A program made the position numbers and the translations under genes. Shown here piece after piece: positions 1-12,502 of a stretch of 64,000 nt of DNA (position 1 is the stretch's first letter; the number at the start of each line of letters is the position of its first letter). The DNA comes from Massalongia carnosa (taxonomy: Eukaryota). The notes beneath the pieces are model-generated. The model was given only the letters and a program-made list of their open reading frames with translations. It was not told the origin of the DNA and made no database searches. The stretch covers positions 2,418,001 through 2,482,000 of the forward strand of contig OZ287068.1 of the NCBI GenBank assembly GCA_965645245.1, read 5' to 3'.

Positions 1-1
1 T

Positions 2-1340
2 TACAGCTACGTCGTCACTACTCTCAACACCATACCGAACGAACCTCCTCAGCCAAGAGATTCAACCGACTACAAACTGATAGATGTTGCGTCATGGACC
101 TTTTGGCCAACCTATACCATGCTCAACCGGTTTTGTACCATTCTCCAGAAGCAGGGTATGTCACAGGCCAGGCGGGTCACAGCTGGGGGATATGATCCAA
201 AATCCGACCGAGAGGCAATGACCACCCAACAAAAACTTCAAGAGGACCAACTCATTATGATGGGGGTCTTCCCAGATTTCTGTCTTCTTGGCCAGGCGGA
301 AGTTGATCTCATGGGCGAGGATGCTCTGACCGCTGGCATGAAAGAGTTTTTCAAAACCCGGAAGGTTTCAGTCTGGTTGTGCTTTGGCGCGCAGATCTAC
401 CTAGACATCCACCATCTCGTTCGGGACCAAGTCGGCGAGGGCCTCAGGGAATTGCAAGTCGCAGGACCGCATGCCAAAACGATTCTGAATATAACCGTGC
501 AATTCACGAAATCTCCGCATGATTTTAGCTGGCCCAGGTCTAACGATGATGGCGTTCGGCATATCATTCAGTTCGTGGATCTTTTTCAAAAACAAGGACG
601 CGCTAGACATGGTCAGGCAGCAGGTTTTGGAGACTTGTATAGCGCTGGACAGACAGAACCGTACTGCCTGCTATCTCGCCACCCTCTGCTTCGCGGCCTG
701 ATGCAATTCACTCTCACCCTGAGGCTGCGTGATACCGGTCTGTCGACCATCCCTTGGCGCTCCATCCTCTATGTTGCACTCCTCTACCACGCGCTCCGAA
801 TGACGTCCGTGCTAGCCGACCCCTGGCCGGAGATGGACACCTTTATCGCCGTGTGTACACCTGAGAAGCTCTTCATCGGCGGCCTGCCCACCACGCTAGA
901 AGACTGTTTCAAGCGATTCTGCCTCATGGCCGGCGTTGCACCTGAATCGTTCGCGCGCAATCGCCGGCCGAAGCATGGGCATGCGGCAGAAGTGACTCGG
1001 ACCAAAAACCCGCCGAGGAACTGGTCCTCGATATCGCCTATTATGAAGATCTTCCACAAACAGCTTCTGCTCCAAGAATCAAACGAATCTACACTCTACA
1101 ATGTCAAATCGCTCGTAAACAACGATGATGCCTCGAGCGAGGTTGCAACCCCGTCCTCGTCCAGCAGCGGCTACCACCTTCTTACTTCCCTCAAAACCGC
1201 CCTAGCCGCCGAACAACCTCAGGTAATATACGATTACCTTAGCGTGCACTTCTAGAGCATGCACATTCTCCGCCAGGTGAACGCGGCGCTGCACAACAAA
1301 CTCGCCCCGCTCTTCGGCGCCGAATACGTCCTAGCAGGGC
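2..1340 (+). pseudogene. Fungal conserved hypothetical protein (resembles DUF6604-associated family), 5' partial, probably with a premature stop
   Basis: Frame is open from base 2 to TAG 1253-1255. Motifs EDALTAGM, VWLCFGAQIYLDIHH and YDYLSVH. Protein-like text SMHILRQVNAALHNKLAPLFGAEY continues in frame after the stop. Family call is from memory. Confidence 0.5.
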
Positions 1341-1727
1341 GGCGCTATGATTTCCTAAATAGCTTTTCCTTTTTTTGTTTTCTCTTTATATAAGAGTTTG
1401 GATCGGTACTGTGTTAATCAGTTGCAACGAAAGGTTCTACCCAGATTGTAGACTAGAAAACATATTCAGACCTTCTATATCCAAATGCTACTTTATATTC
1501 AAGGTAAATATGTGCTCCGTAATCCGTAGAGAGTGATCAGTCACCCCCTGTGCCCCTTCACTCCTTAAACGGCTCGGGTCAGCCTTACCCGGAGGGTCTT
1601 CACTAAAAATACCTGAGACTTCTGTCTGCTCAAATTCTCAAAAATCTACCATTCTTACATCCTTACACAGCATCATCAATAGCCATTACCTGATACTATA
1701 TTATAAAAACGATCAGCTTTAACCAAA

Positions 1728-2700
1728 ATGTTCGCCTTAATATTATTATGACAGAATCACTAGTTATACGAGCATGTTTCAATAGTTCATCATTCTTGAT
1801 TGTATTCTTATTATGCATCATCATTCAGTCATTACTTATCCACCGCTATTCAAAGAGTCTTCTTCATATGATGAAAGTATATGTTCTACTCCAAGAAAAT
1901 TCGTTTTCGCTCACCTGAGCAGCTTCAGTCAGGTCCTGAACAAGAATTTCCCTCGGTTGAGTTCTTACGGGAGAAGGGCCTGTGAAGAGTTTTTTTCATC
2001 CTTTCCCCCAACGCCCCTTGATTTCAATAGCATAGCTTCTTCCCTAACTTTAGCTTAGCAGTTAGTCCGCAAGTCGGAAGTCGCATAAGATGAATTTACG
2101 ATTCGATAACTAGCAAGTCTCACCGTATAAAACACGTGCAGAGAGGTGATTGTTGGAGCCCTATGAGCGGCTCCATCTAGTATACAGATGCTCATCGCAG
2201 TTAACTCAGATATATCTAAAGAGATACAAGGCCATATAGTTACAAATCATTCCTCCGGGCTGCTATACATCAAGCCTCTACTTATATCGCCTTTCTCTTC
2301 TCTTCAGTCCATATCAAGATCTTTGGCAGCCTACACTCCAGTAGCCCTTAAGTTTTCTCCGACCTAGAATACAATAAAAAACATCTAATCAATTGTCCCC
2401 ATCAATTTATCCACCTCTTGACAGCACAAACGGAAGCACCTGTTGTTTTCGAAAGCTCTGGTGTTAACTCTCAGCAGCCTATACGCCTGCTGGAGCTTCC
2501 CCACAACCATCTTTCCTACCCAAGAATTTGTGCTGATTTTGTGTCCGTTCACGTATGTCTGGCATGAGCAAGATTTAAGACCAGCCGTACACATCGTGCC
2601 ATACGAAATCGAAGAACCAAGTGCGGCATACATCTTCGGGATTGCCCCCCTGCAAATGCTATAGAATAATACAGGACAACAAAAATGCACCGGAAAATTT
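1728..2700 (+). pseudogene. Possible degraded gene relic
   Basis: Protein-like segments (ORFs 1813-2058, 2443-2664) broken by many TAA/TAG stops. No recognisable family. Confidence 0.25.
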
Positions 2701-3246
2701 ATGGATGTAGCTTAGTTGGCGATCGTTCCTGCCTTCAAATTATATTATCAATGTCTTAGAATATTTTACATATTATAAGTACATTTTGAATGTATCAGAT
2801 CAGGTTTTATACGATATATATGCCTAGTTAGTTGGTTTGTTGGTTATTTTATCCAGTTAATCTCCACAGCGCCTGACACGCACACACAACACGCGCTGAA
2901 ACGAGGAGGGGAGGAGGGCTAGCAAGGGGAGTGGAAGGATGAGTAAGAAAGAAAGAAAGGGAAGGAAAATATTGGGGAGGTGAGGTCAAAGTTCTACTTG
3001 GAAGGCTATCCTGCTGGGTTATTGGGAATTAGAAAAGAGTGTGGGGGGTAAGGAATTCGGGTTTTGGGAGGTAGAGGATCTTCTGAAATCTCTACCCGAA
3101 AAGGGAGTTTAAGCTATCCTACGTACTGTACCATCCCCCGCCCATTAGTGCGAAACCCCGACCCCCCCACCCAAAAAAATAACAGATACCCATAAAACCC
3201 AGTCTACCACAGCCTCAACCTCTTCCCGTATTGTAGGCAGAATATA

Positions 3247-4516
3247 TCACTTCAGGGGCAACGCGATTGGGACTTTCCGCCGCGCCTGAATGCTGGCGGC
3301 GTAGAGGGCGTCCTTGAAGGCGAAGAGGAAGGCAGCGGTGATGACGCTTTGGGTGACTTTGGGCCCGATACCTGTGTGGGTGTGTTAGTGGGAGTGATTT
3401 AAGGGGTCGTTTTCTGGAGCAGCGGGGGGCTCCTCAAAAGGGAGCTGATAGAGGGATGTCGGCGCGAGCTAGCTGATCCTAACCTAGAAAGCTGTCATGA
3501 AGACGTACCTTTATATAAACCACCCCATCCTTCCTCTCTCACCACCCTCTTCAAGCTCCCGATCATATTATCCTGCGGTCCTTCCTTCTTCGCCACATGC
3601 ATCCGACTCTTAATCGTGATGTACGGATACGTGATGCTCGTTGCCAATAGCTTCCCAATCGCTCCAAGAACGAACGCATCCCGCGGCAAGACTCTCCCTC
3701 GTCTCTTCTCCAGTGCGTCCTTCAATTTCTCAAAAATGGTATATTGAAGAATCGGATTGATAACAAGCACAAGAGCGGGAAGAACGCCAGCGAATAAGGC
3801 GGCGGGGCCTTCTTCACGGAGGAGCGAGAGGATTGTACTGAGGGTCGAGGGTTTCTGGGATTTCTGATTGGTAGACGGATAGGGAAGCGAGAAGGGCGAA
3901 TCGACAGTACGGGCCGTCATGCGGGTGTTTATGACCCATATGGGGTTTGTGATGAGGACTGTGGCGCTCCCTGCGAGTGCGCCGGCGAGCATTGCCTCGA
4001 CCGTAGTGAGCTTTTGGGAGGCACGGCCAGCACGGAGGGCCGCCTGGGTGAAGAGGGTGCGTGTCCATTCATACCCTTTAAGAAAAGTACATGAGCAAAA
4101 CACAAGAGCAGTGGAGAGCACAGGGCATACAGTAATAGTACACGAAGTTCGTCACGCTGATACCAAACAAGGCGGAATCCAGTCCAGAGTAAAGACCCGT
4201 TATCCCCTCACTCTGCACAATGCGGCGAGCGGCATCGTATGTTGACGACTGCGCTCTTTTCGATTCAACTTGAGCACGAGTAGACAAAGTGATCAGAGGG
4301 TAGCTAGTATCACCAAGTTAGGCAATGAATAGCATAAGTAAAGAAAACATTTTGGTGGGGAAGGGACTAGCGCTCCACTGACGTCAGGGTCATGGACAAA
4401 AGTCCCCCGCCAGCTCCTGCAAGGGCATGGGCGATGTTATCACCCTGTTGAGCGGCCGAGGTAGCGGGCACTGAGTCGTGGATTGGGGAAGCAGGAGCTT
4501 TGGAGGGTGAAGACAT
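3247..4516 (-). CDS. PMP47: Peroxisomal adenine nucleotide carrier (PMP47/Ant1-like, mitochondrial carrier family), 4 exons
   Basis: ATG at 4516. Exons encode AHALAGAGGGLLSMTLT / YPLITLSTRAQVE...NFVYYY / YEWTR...NPIWVINTRM...LVLVINPILQYTIFE...TYPYITIKSRMH / GIGPKVTQSVITAAFLF. TGA at 3247-3249. GT-AG introns. Confidence 0.9.
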
Positions 4517-4659
4517 TGCTGATAAGATGAGGAAGGGGACTTGGAAGAGGACGTTTGGACTTCATATATATATCCAACTGCCGTGATCTGGGTTGCGGGG
4601 AGAGTTGACATCTAATGCATATTTACCTCGGCTGTTTGGCGAGACTCTCCCGAGGAACT

Positions 4660-5813
4660 TTGTGGACCACTCTGCTTGTCTAACTGATTTCATGCTAAAG
4701 CTGTATCATTTGATAATGGGTAGAACCAGACCTGTTTAGAGCTGATTTTCCGAGCCGTTATGCAGGCCTTTTCTCAGATATTCAGCCCTATGAGAGCATG
4801 GCATGCAACTTCTATACATAGCCCTAATTCTAGTTCGGCTAACCCTATGCTATATCCAAATTGGATCGTTAGGTACTTACTTTAATCATGGTCTTGCCAC
4901 AAGGAGCATCTGCAGCGTGTAGAGTAGTTACCTCTAGCATCTACTCCGTACAGAGTTGTAGCCTCACACCTCCAAGACGAGCTTCCTAGGAACCCATCGC
5001 AATACTTGATCAGCATGAGCACACCCCCTCCTGCATAATAAAAAACCCCGGGTGCAGATTACGGCGGGTGCATTGGTTCGCATTAGCTTGCATATGTTCC
5101 CACTCGATCAGTAACCCTCAGAAGTGCAGCTCAATGCGGGAATGCAGGAAGACCGAGGGATCGGGTGAGATTAGTTGCGTTCACGAATAGCGATAAAGAG
5201 GGGTGCATATCCTCAACAGAGGCAGCTATCCTGCTCCCACCACTGCATTTATCTTCTGTAGTGAAACCACCCACTGTGCTCCACAGCAAACCTAAATTTC
5301 TCGTCTCTACTCGGTCTGGCTGCGCAAACAGATCAAACAGTGAAGCTTCCCTGGCAGAAACTGTCGGGCCTGTTGGCTGGTCTGTCACATGGAAGCGCTA
5401 CCGTGCCGCACTACACAGCACAATCGGACACAATCGCGGCCGAGCTGCAGATCCGCAACAAACTATCGCTATACGCACTCGCGGGTGGATTCCAAGAACT
5501 TTGGGCTCCTAGCCGAAGTCTTCGCCGAGACCGCGGTGGCGAGTTTTGGCTCTCCGCCACCAAACGCACGGTTTAGCCGCTGTGCAGGCGTTCATTAAGG
5601 CGCAGGTGAAAGGCATCATCACCCAGCACACTATTAGCACAGCCGTGGTGGACTTCACCTAAAGGCATAAACCCTACTGCCTATGTGGTCGCGAACTTTC
5701 TTGGTCAGGGGATGTTGACGGGCCGGACACTGGTGTTTTATGGCAAATATAAGGATCAACGGACTTTCGATGCCGGATCATGGAAGACGGAAAACAGGGT
5801 CTTGACACTTTTG
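4660..5813 (+). ncRNA. Candidate telomerase RNA (TER/TR)
   Basis: Template-like CTAACCCTA 4839-4847 directly 3' of hairpin TAGCC 4820-4824/GGCTA 4837-4841. Pseudoknot CACTGCA 5241-5247/TGTAGTG 5257-5263 with U-rich loop TTTATCT and partner AAACAGAT 5326-5333. Long-range helix 4727-4777 with 5351-5384. Three-way junction 5680-5754. ACTTTTG|GTAAGC at 5807-5819. No credible protein ORF. The 5' end is approximate. Confidence 0.75.
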
Positions 5814-5870
5814 GTAAGCTGGATTTCTGCCATCGTGATACGACCTGTAAACGCTAATGCTGCATCTCAG
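5814..5870 (+). other. Terminal intron of the candidate telomerase RNA precursor
   Basis: 5' splice site GTAAGC 5814-5819, branch site GCTAAT 5853-5858 and 3' splice site CAG 5868-5870, with no flanking coding exons. Confidence 0.65.
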
Positions 5871-6373
5871 CCATAAGGAACTGTTGGAAACCTTGCGATC
5901 CTTGCGGACACGCATGCTTGGTTAAGGAAACCACGCGTGAGGAAGCAGAAGCTTGGTCAGAAATAAAGGGGAAATTTGCTCATCAAACCTACGGTGAGTA
6001 TATGGGTACACTCATGGGTTGTAAAGAAGATGGAACTAGCCGAGTAAAAAAGCGCTATAAGAGCGTATGAGCTAAATGACGCTGAGAAATTGCTAGACAC
6101 ATGAATATATGACAGGCAAAATGAAAGATTGGTCAAAGCTGATCGATGAGGGAACGAAAGACTACTGTGAACCACGAGCGGAACAATGCGGATGGAAAGG
6201 CCCCTCCAAAATCGTGAAGATCTCTGAGGCATCCACTGGTTATGTATGAAAGCGGAACACCAAGAGTGTGTTCAAGCTTACGGCGCAAGCCTTATCTGAA
6301 TGCAACACTAAGCGCAGCTTAATGGTACTAAAGAGCTACATCTTCGATTGTAACTAATTGCCGAATAAAATGA

Positions 6374-7735
6374 TCATGTTAGAAGAATATCGTACCCATC
6401 CTTATGAATCTTCACAGCTTCCGCTTCGTTGCCATAACGTCGACGCACCAGCTCAAAGATAACCAACCCTGCGCTAGTGCTTGGCACTTGTTTTATTGTG
6501 GTGAGGAGAAATCCCCTGTACAGCCAGCGCCTCCATCCTCCAAATCGTTTAACATACACGAGGCATCGTTGGTAAGTTCTCGCATACGCTGTTCGAGTAT
6601 GGGACAAAAGAGCGGGCTTGCCGTTGGATGTTAGTTGGTCGGGAATACGCATTAAAGTATCATGATGAATGTTCTGGACTAATGTAACGGGATGTTGGAT
6701 ACCCTGTTGAGCGATGGAGGCAGTGATACCGGCTAACATCAGAAATGTAGGTTCGATGGCATAGTGAGGTCTGATGGTTGCAGAATCGTCGTTGTATTTC
6801 GATTTAGCTGGTAGCATTGAACGCTTGTATGCATCGAGGCCTCCGTAATACCTAGTCACAAAAGCATAGTAGCTCTGGGCCTTGACATACTCGAACGTAG
6901 CGAAGAACGCGGCACATCCAAAGGAGTCCTTCATAAGGGACAATCCCAAACCCCCGAAGACCCTACGAATACCAATTTGGGATATTTTGGCTCGTCCGTA
7001 TTGCCACATGCTCTTATATTTGCCCTCCAGTATATCACTGGCCTGAAAGCGAGCCTGTAAAGCATCGACAGGGGCTGCTACCACGGATTGAATTGCACCA
7101 GCCATAAAGCCAGCTGTAACTGTGCTAGAAATTGGTGGGGCTGGGTAAACCCGTTTCAAAGACTGTGACGATGGATGGTGCAGAACGCCTAGAATCTTAA
7201 GGTAAGAAGAATAGAGAACAGCGCCAACTCTAAAGGGATCAGTATCGCCACGGAAATCATAACCCAGATTCATGTTACCCGATATTTGCCAGCATAGGCG
7301 GCAATACTTGATTAGGTATGAAGCTCCATCCGTATTCTCGCACAGCATGCGATAACAGACCCGGAGTACTCATGCGCCATGACCATGATTCCTTAGCTTG
7401 CACTCGTGGGTTGATAGCTCGAGCAAAGGCCTAGTAGTCCAATGAGCCCAGTCCTTACTCAATCTTGACTTCCGTACCAGATAACTACCAAATATAAGCT
7501 AAAATGACCACCTTAGACGTCTTTGACGGATGACTTACTCCACGCGAGTACGAAAGAATGCCTTGACAGGTGCTCGAAAATAGAATGCTATTAGTTGTGC
7601 TCCTATAGCCCTAGCACCAGCAGCAGACGCTCCAGTTGCAGCGGTACTCTTTGTATCTCTCCACTGGATCAACGGCGTAATTTGCACATCATTAATGTTG
7701 ATGGTTGAAGATACTAAATCAGGGGTTTTGACCAT
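6374..7735 (-). CDS. Fungal mitochondrial carrier-like protein, multi-exon (start uncertain)
   Basis: TAATGASAAGARAIGAQLIAFYFRAPVKAFFRTRV, AGFMAGAIQSVVAAPVDALQARF, KDSFGCAAFFATFEYVK, YRGFLLTTIKQVPSTSAGLVIFE. Carrier Px[D/E]xx[K/R]-like motif. Confidence 0.8.
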
Positions 7736-8005
7736 AATACTGCGTTAGCTCTTGCATCCAGTGATTCATCGAAGCCATGGAGCCATGCGATCTATAATTT
7801 GAGATAAGGTCGATTTCTCCGGTGCTTCGCCGCCGAAAAGGAGAATGGACATGATACTCGAAGCTAATTTAGCCCGTTACAGGATATTAGCGCTAACTTG
7901 ATCTGTGTGCACTATAACGCGGTTCGCGGCATCTTAATCTTTGCCTCACTGCCTACTCGACAAACCAAGCTTCCCATTCCCCAAAGAACCCTCCACCTTT
8001 ACCAA

Positions 8006-11000
8006 ATGGCGGAAGAAGTCAAAATCGACAAGCAGGTCTTCCATGATCGCCTTTCTCATTTCATTTCAGCATGGAAAGCAGACAAACGCTCAAATGACGC
8101 GCTGTTTGGAGGAGTGGGCTCGATTGTAATATTGATGGGAAAGAATGAGGAAACCATCACTTTCCAGAAGAATAATGCCATACATGTATATTCAAAGCCA
8201 ACCTGCTCTCTCAAGCTACCAAAGCGGTGGCTAACAAACCCCTAACTACAGTTCTGGCTTCTTGGTTATGAATTTCCAGCAACGTTGTTGCTCTTCACCA
8301 CGGAAATACTTTATATTGTTACCACGGTCAAAAAAGGTACTTGATCAGCGCTTATAAAGGTCTACTTATTAAGCTAATCCAAACGCGCCAACTCAGCAAA
8401 GCATCTTGAGCCTCTGAAAGGGGGCAAGGTTCCCATCGAGATTCTTGTTCGTGGAAAGGACATAGAGCAGAACGCGAAACATTTCAGAAGATGCCTAGAC
8501 GTTATTAAAGACGCAGGGGTAACTGATACAGAGGTGGCTTGAACCATGAGATCCGCTAATACGGCCTCAGAAAAAAGTTGGAACAATCGCTAAAGATACT
8601 TCAACTGGCCCATTCATCGACGAATGGAAGAAGACTTTCGGTGATATCTCTAAAGATGTAGAAGAAATGGACATTACCACTGCTCTCTCTGCTGCAGCTT
8701 TGGCTGTCAAAGATGAGAATGAGCTTGTGAGTCTTTTCATCTTTTGTGATCAGGCCGGTACAGTAAAGGAGCCCGCTGACCTTTGGATTAGCGGTCTATG
8801 CGTAATGCTTCACGAGCTTGCACAGGCCTTATGGCGGAGTTCTTCGTTGAGGAAATGTCTGAAATTCTGGATGAAGAGAAAAAAGTAACGCACAAAGATC
8901 TTGCAGACAAGATCGATCAAAAAATCGACGACGCAAAGTTTTTCCAAACACTCAAGTCGAAGCTGCCGGCGGATTTCGACTCAAGTCAACTTGACTGGAT
9001 CTATGGCCCAGTAATACAAAGTGGTGGTAACTACGATCTAAAGCTGACTGCACAATCCGATACGAACTCTTTACACGCCGGAACCATAATAGCTGGCCTA
9101 GGTCTTCGCTATAAGAGCTACTGTTCAATGATTGCTCGTACTTATTTGGTAGACCCAAATGAGTCTCAGGAGAGCAACTACAAACTTTTGTTAAGTATTC
9201 ACGAAGCTGTGCTGAAAGATGCCAGAGACGGGGTTTTGGTCAAGGATCTCTATCACAAGGCCATCGGCATCATAAAAACTAAGAAGCCGGAGATGGAGAA
9301 GCATTTCTTAAAGACCGTTGGGGGAGGAATTGGTATCGAAACACGAGACACTACTTTAACCATCAACGCAAAAAACACTAGAACACTCAAAGATGGAATG
9401 ACGCTCTGCGTCTCGACTGGTTTCAGCGATATCGAGAATCCGTCCCCTCAGGATAAGAAAAGCAACTCCTACTCGCTGTTCATCGCAGACACTATCCGGA
9501 TCAGGAGAGATCAGGATCCAGCTAACTTTACGAGTTCTGCTGCGTCCGATCTTGGAGCAACTTCTTTCTTCTTCAAAGATGATGAAGAGGAAGAGCCAGC
9601 GGCCAAGGCGAAGCCCAAAAAGGACACTAAGGTCGGCGCAGTGGCAGCCAGCAATATCACAAAAACCAAACTTCGTGCGGAGCGAAACACCCAAGCTGAT
9701 GAGGGCGCAGAAGCTCGCCGTAGAGAGCATCAAAAGGAGCTTGCGGCCAAAAAGCAACAAGAAGGTTTAGCTCAATACAGCGAAGCTGTCGGTGACGAAA
9801 ACGGTGTGGCTCAGAAGAAGTTTAAGAAATTCGAGTCCTACAAACGGGATAACCAGTTTCCATCACGAGTCAAGGATCTAGTAATCCTGGTTGACGTCAA
9901 GGCAGCTACCGTTGTATTACCAATCATGGGTAGACCTGTCCCTTTTCACATAAACACGATCAAGAATGCTAGCAAAAGCGATGAAGGGGAGTTCGCATAT
10001 CTGCGCATTAATTTTCTATCTCCTGGGCAGGGTGTGGGCAGAAAAGACGATCAGCCGTTTGAAGATGCAACTGCACACTTTGTTAGAAGTCTTACTTTCA
10101 GGTCTAGAGATGCCGACCGGATGCAGGATATAGCGCAGCAAATCACCGATTTTCGGAAGAACTCCGTTCGTCGGGAACAAGAGAAAAAAGAATTGGAAGA
10201 TGTTGTCGAGCAAGATAAGCTTAGCGAGATTCGAAGTATGTATGGAAGAATTCTCCAGCCAACAGATGCTAACCGGTCTAGATCGTAAACCGCATCGGCT
10301 TGACAACGTGTTTGTTCGACCAGCTCTAGATGGCAAACGCATGTCTGGCGAAGTCGAAATACATCAGAATGGACTACGGTATCGCGATCCTCGTGGAAGC
10401 AATATCGATATTCTCTTCAGCAATGTTAAGCATTTGTTCTTTCAACCCTCGACTCATGAGCTGATCGTCATCATTCATGTCCATCTCAAGAACCCTATTA
10501 TGATAGGGAAGAAAAAGGCAAAAGACGTTCAATTCTACCGTGAAGCCACAGACATGCAGTTTGACGAGACTGGAAACCGGAAGCGAAAGCACAGGTACGG
10601 CGACGAGGAAGAGTTCGAGCAAGAGCAAGAGGAGCGAAGACGAAGAGCATTGCTCGACAAGCAGTTTAAGATTTTTGCGGATAAGGTGCAGCAGGCCGGG
10701 CAAGAAAATGTCGGTGGGGTTGACATACCGTTCCGAGAGCTGGGATTCAATGGTGTCCCGAATCGATCCAATGTGCTTTGCCAGCCTACCACCGACTGTC
10801 TCGTCCAGTTGACCGAGCCGCCTTTTATGGTCATCACCTTGGAGGAGCTGGAAGTCGTTCATCTCGAACATGTCCAGTTTGGGCTGAAGAATTTCGACAT
10901 GGTCTGCGTGTTCAAGGACTTCCACCGTCCTCCCGTTCATATCAATACCATTCCCGTTGAAAGCTTGGAATCCGTCAAGGAGTGGCTCGACTCGGTGAAC

Positions 11001-11372
11001 ATTGCCTATTCCGAAGGTCCGCTGAACCTTAACTGGGGTACCATCATGAAGACTATCATAGCGGACCCACATCAGTTTTTCGCCGACGGGGGATGGGCTT
11101 TCTTGTCCACCGAGTCTGATGACGAAGATCAGGATGAAGAGGAGGAGGAATCGGCGTTTGAGATGTCGGATTCGGAAGTGGCGGCATCGGACGAATCATC
11201 CGAAGACGAATCGGACTTTGACGATGACGCATCTGCCGACGAGGGGGATGCAAGCTTGGACGAGGAGAGCGGAGGGGAGGATTGGGATGTTTTGGAGAAG
11301 AAGGCAAAGAAGAAGGATCGTGAGGGGGGGTTGGACGACGAGGAGGAAGGCTCGAAAAAGCGGAAACGCTAG
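8006..11372 (+). CDS. SPT16: FACT complex subunit Spt16/Cdc68, 6 exons
   Basis: [75 protein letters not shown] and an acidic C-terminal tail. Introns near 8186-8251, 8337-8396, 8519-8570, 8727-8791 and 10237-10281. Confidence 0.97.
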
Positions 11373-12502
11373 TGATTCGACCGTCTGCGTGTAGTGCGAG
11401 GAGAGAATCGGAAGCTATATTTAGGTAATTGAGCAGGAGCCAGTTATCATCACCGCTATGGTGCGGATCTCAAGTTGGATTCTCCACACATCTGTGTTAT
11501 TTATCTCCTTTGGCCGCATCGGTGGAAAACGCAATTGTTCTTCCCAAACTTCTTTCGCGCTTACTCTCTGGAACAGAAGGAGCTTGCCTCTTCTGGCGGG
11601 AATTTCCGTAGGGAATTTGGAGAGAATCGGGTAATGAACGCCTTTCACGTATGAAGGGGCCTAACCTAATTAGCACGCACGCATCTAATTCTAGAAGAAA
11701 GGGGGTACATAAGTGTCTCCAGTTCCTTCATTACCCCCCCCAATTCCCTTCCACTTTCCTCAGAACGCAAGTTTCCGGACATCCCATTCACTCACCCGCT
11801 AAAAACCCCTTCGCTCCCTATCCCCTCTCCTCCCCCCCCGGTTTTTTCCCCCCGGCGATACTCTACTTACCCACTCACTCGCTCATTTCCTCGTTAAGCC
11901 AACCCCTCTCCCCTTTTCCCCCGCTCCGGCACAAGACAGGGTAAGTGCTTATTTATAGCTTATATGTTTCGTTTTGCTTGGCTTTTTTGGCGACAAGTCT
12001 CGTGTGAAGTTGCTTTTGAGGGGAGGGTGGATATATATATATAAGAGAGATATACGACGGAAGATGGAAGATTGGGTGCTTCTTTTTGTTTGTTTCTGTG
12101 TGCTGGGATGAATGCGTAGATTGGGTAGATGGATGAAAGAAGAGGAGAAAACGCAACAACACACGCAACATGCAATGTGACGAAAATAAAGGGGGAAAAG
12201 GGGTAGCATTTTTCTTTCCAAAACTGCCAATCCGAAAATAAAATTAAAAACAAATCAAAAAAGCCCACACACACACACACACACACACAAGCTTTACCTA
12301 TCAATATCATATAAACTTTAAAACCCGCCCTTTCTCCACCCCTCATTCTTTTGACCTATCTCCAATTAACCTAACCACTCTCCTCCTCCTCCTCCTTCTT
12401 CCCTCTTCCCTCCTATCTTCGATTCAGCCAGCCAAACAGCCAACTAACCCCCCCCCCCCCCCCCCTCTTCCCTCTCCCCTAACTAAAAAAAACCCCACGT
12501 CT

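Noticed and set aside
5112..5120. TAACCCTCA as the telomerase template
   Set aside because: It is imperfect and lies inside the stem CACTCGATC 5101-5109/GATCGGGTG 5159-5167, with its CCTC able to pair with GAGG. The 4839-4847 site has the better boundary context.
5131..5876. Short overlapping ORFs read as a protein pseudogene
   Set aside because: No recognisable family or consistent frame. The structured-RNA reading explains the region better, though a search is needed to exclude a relic.
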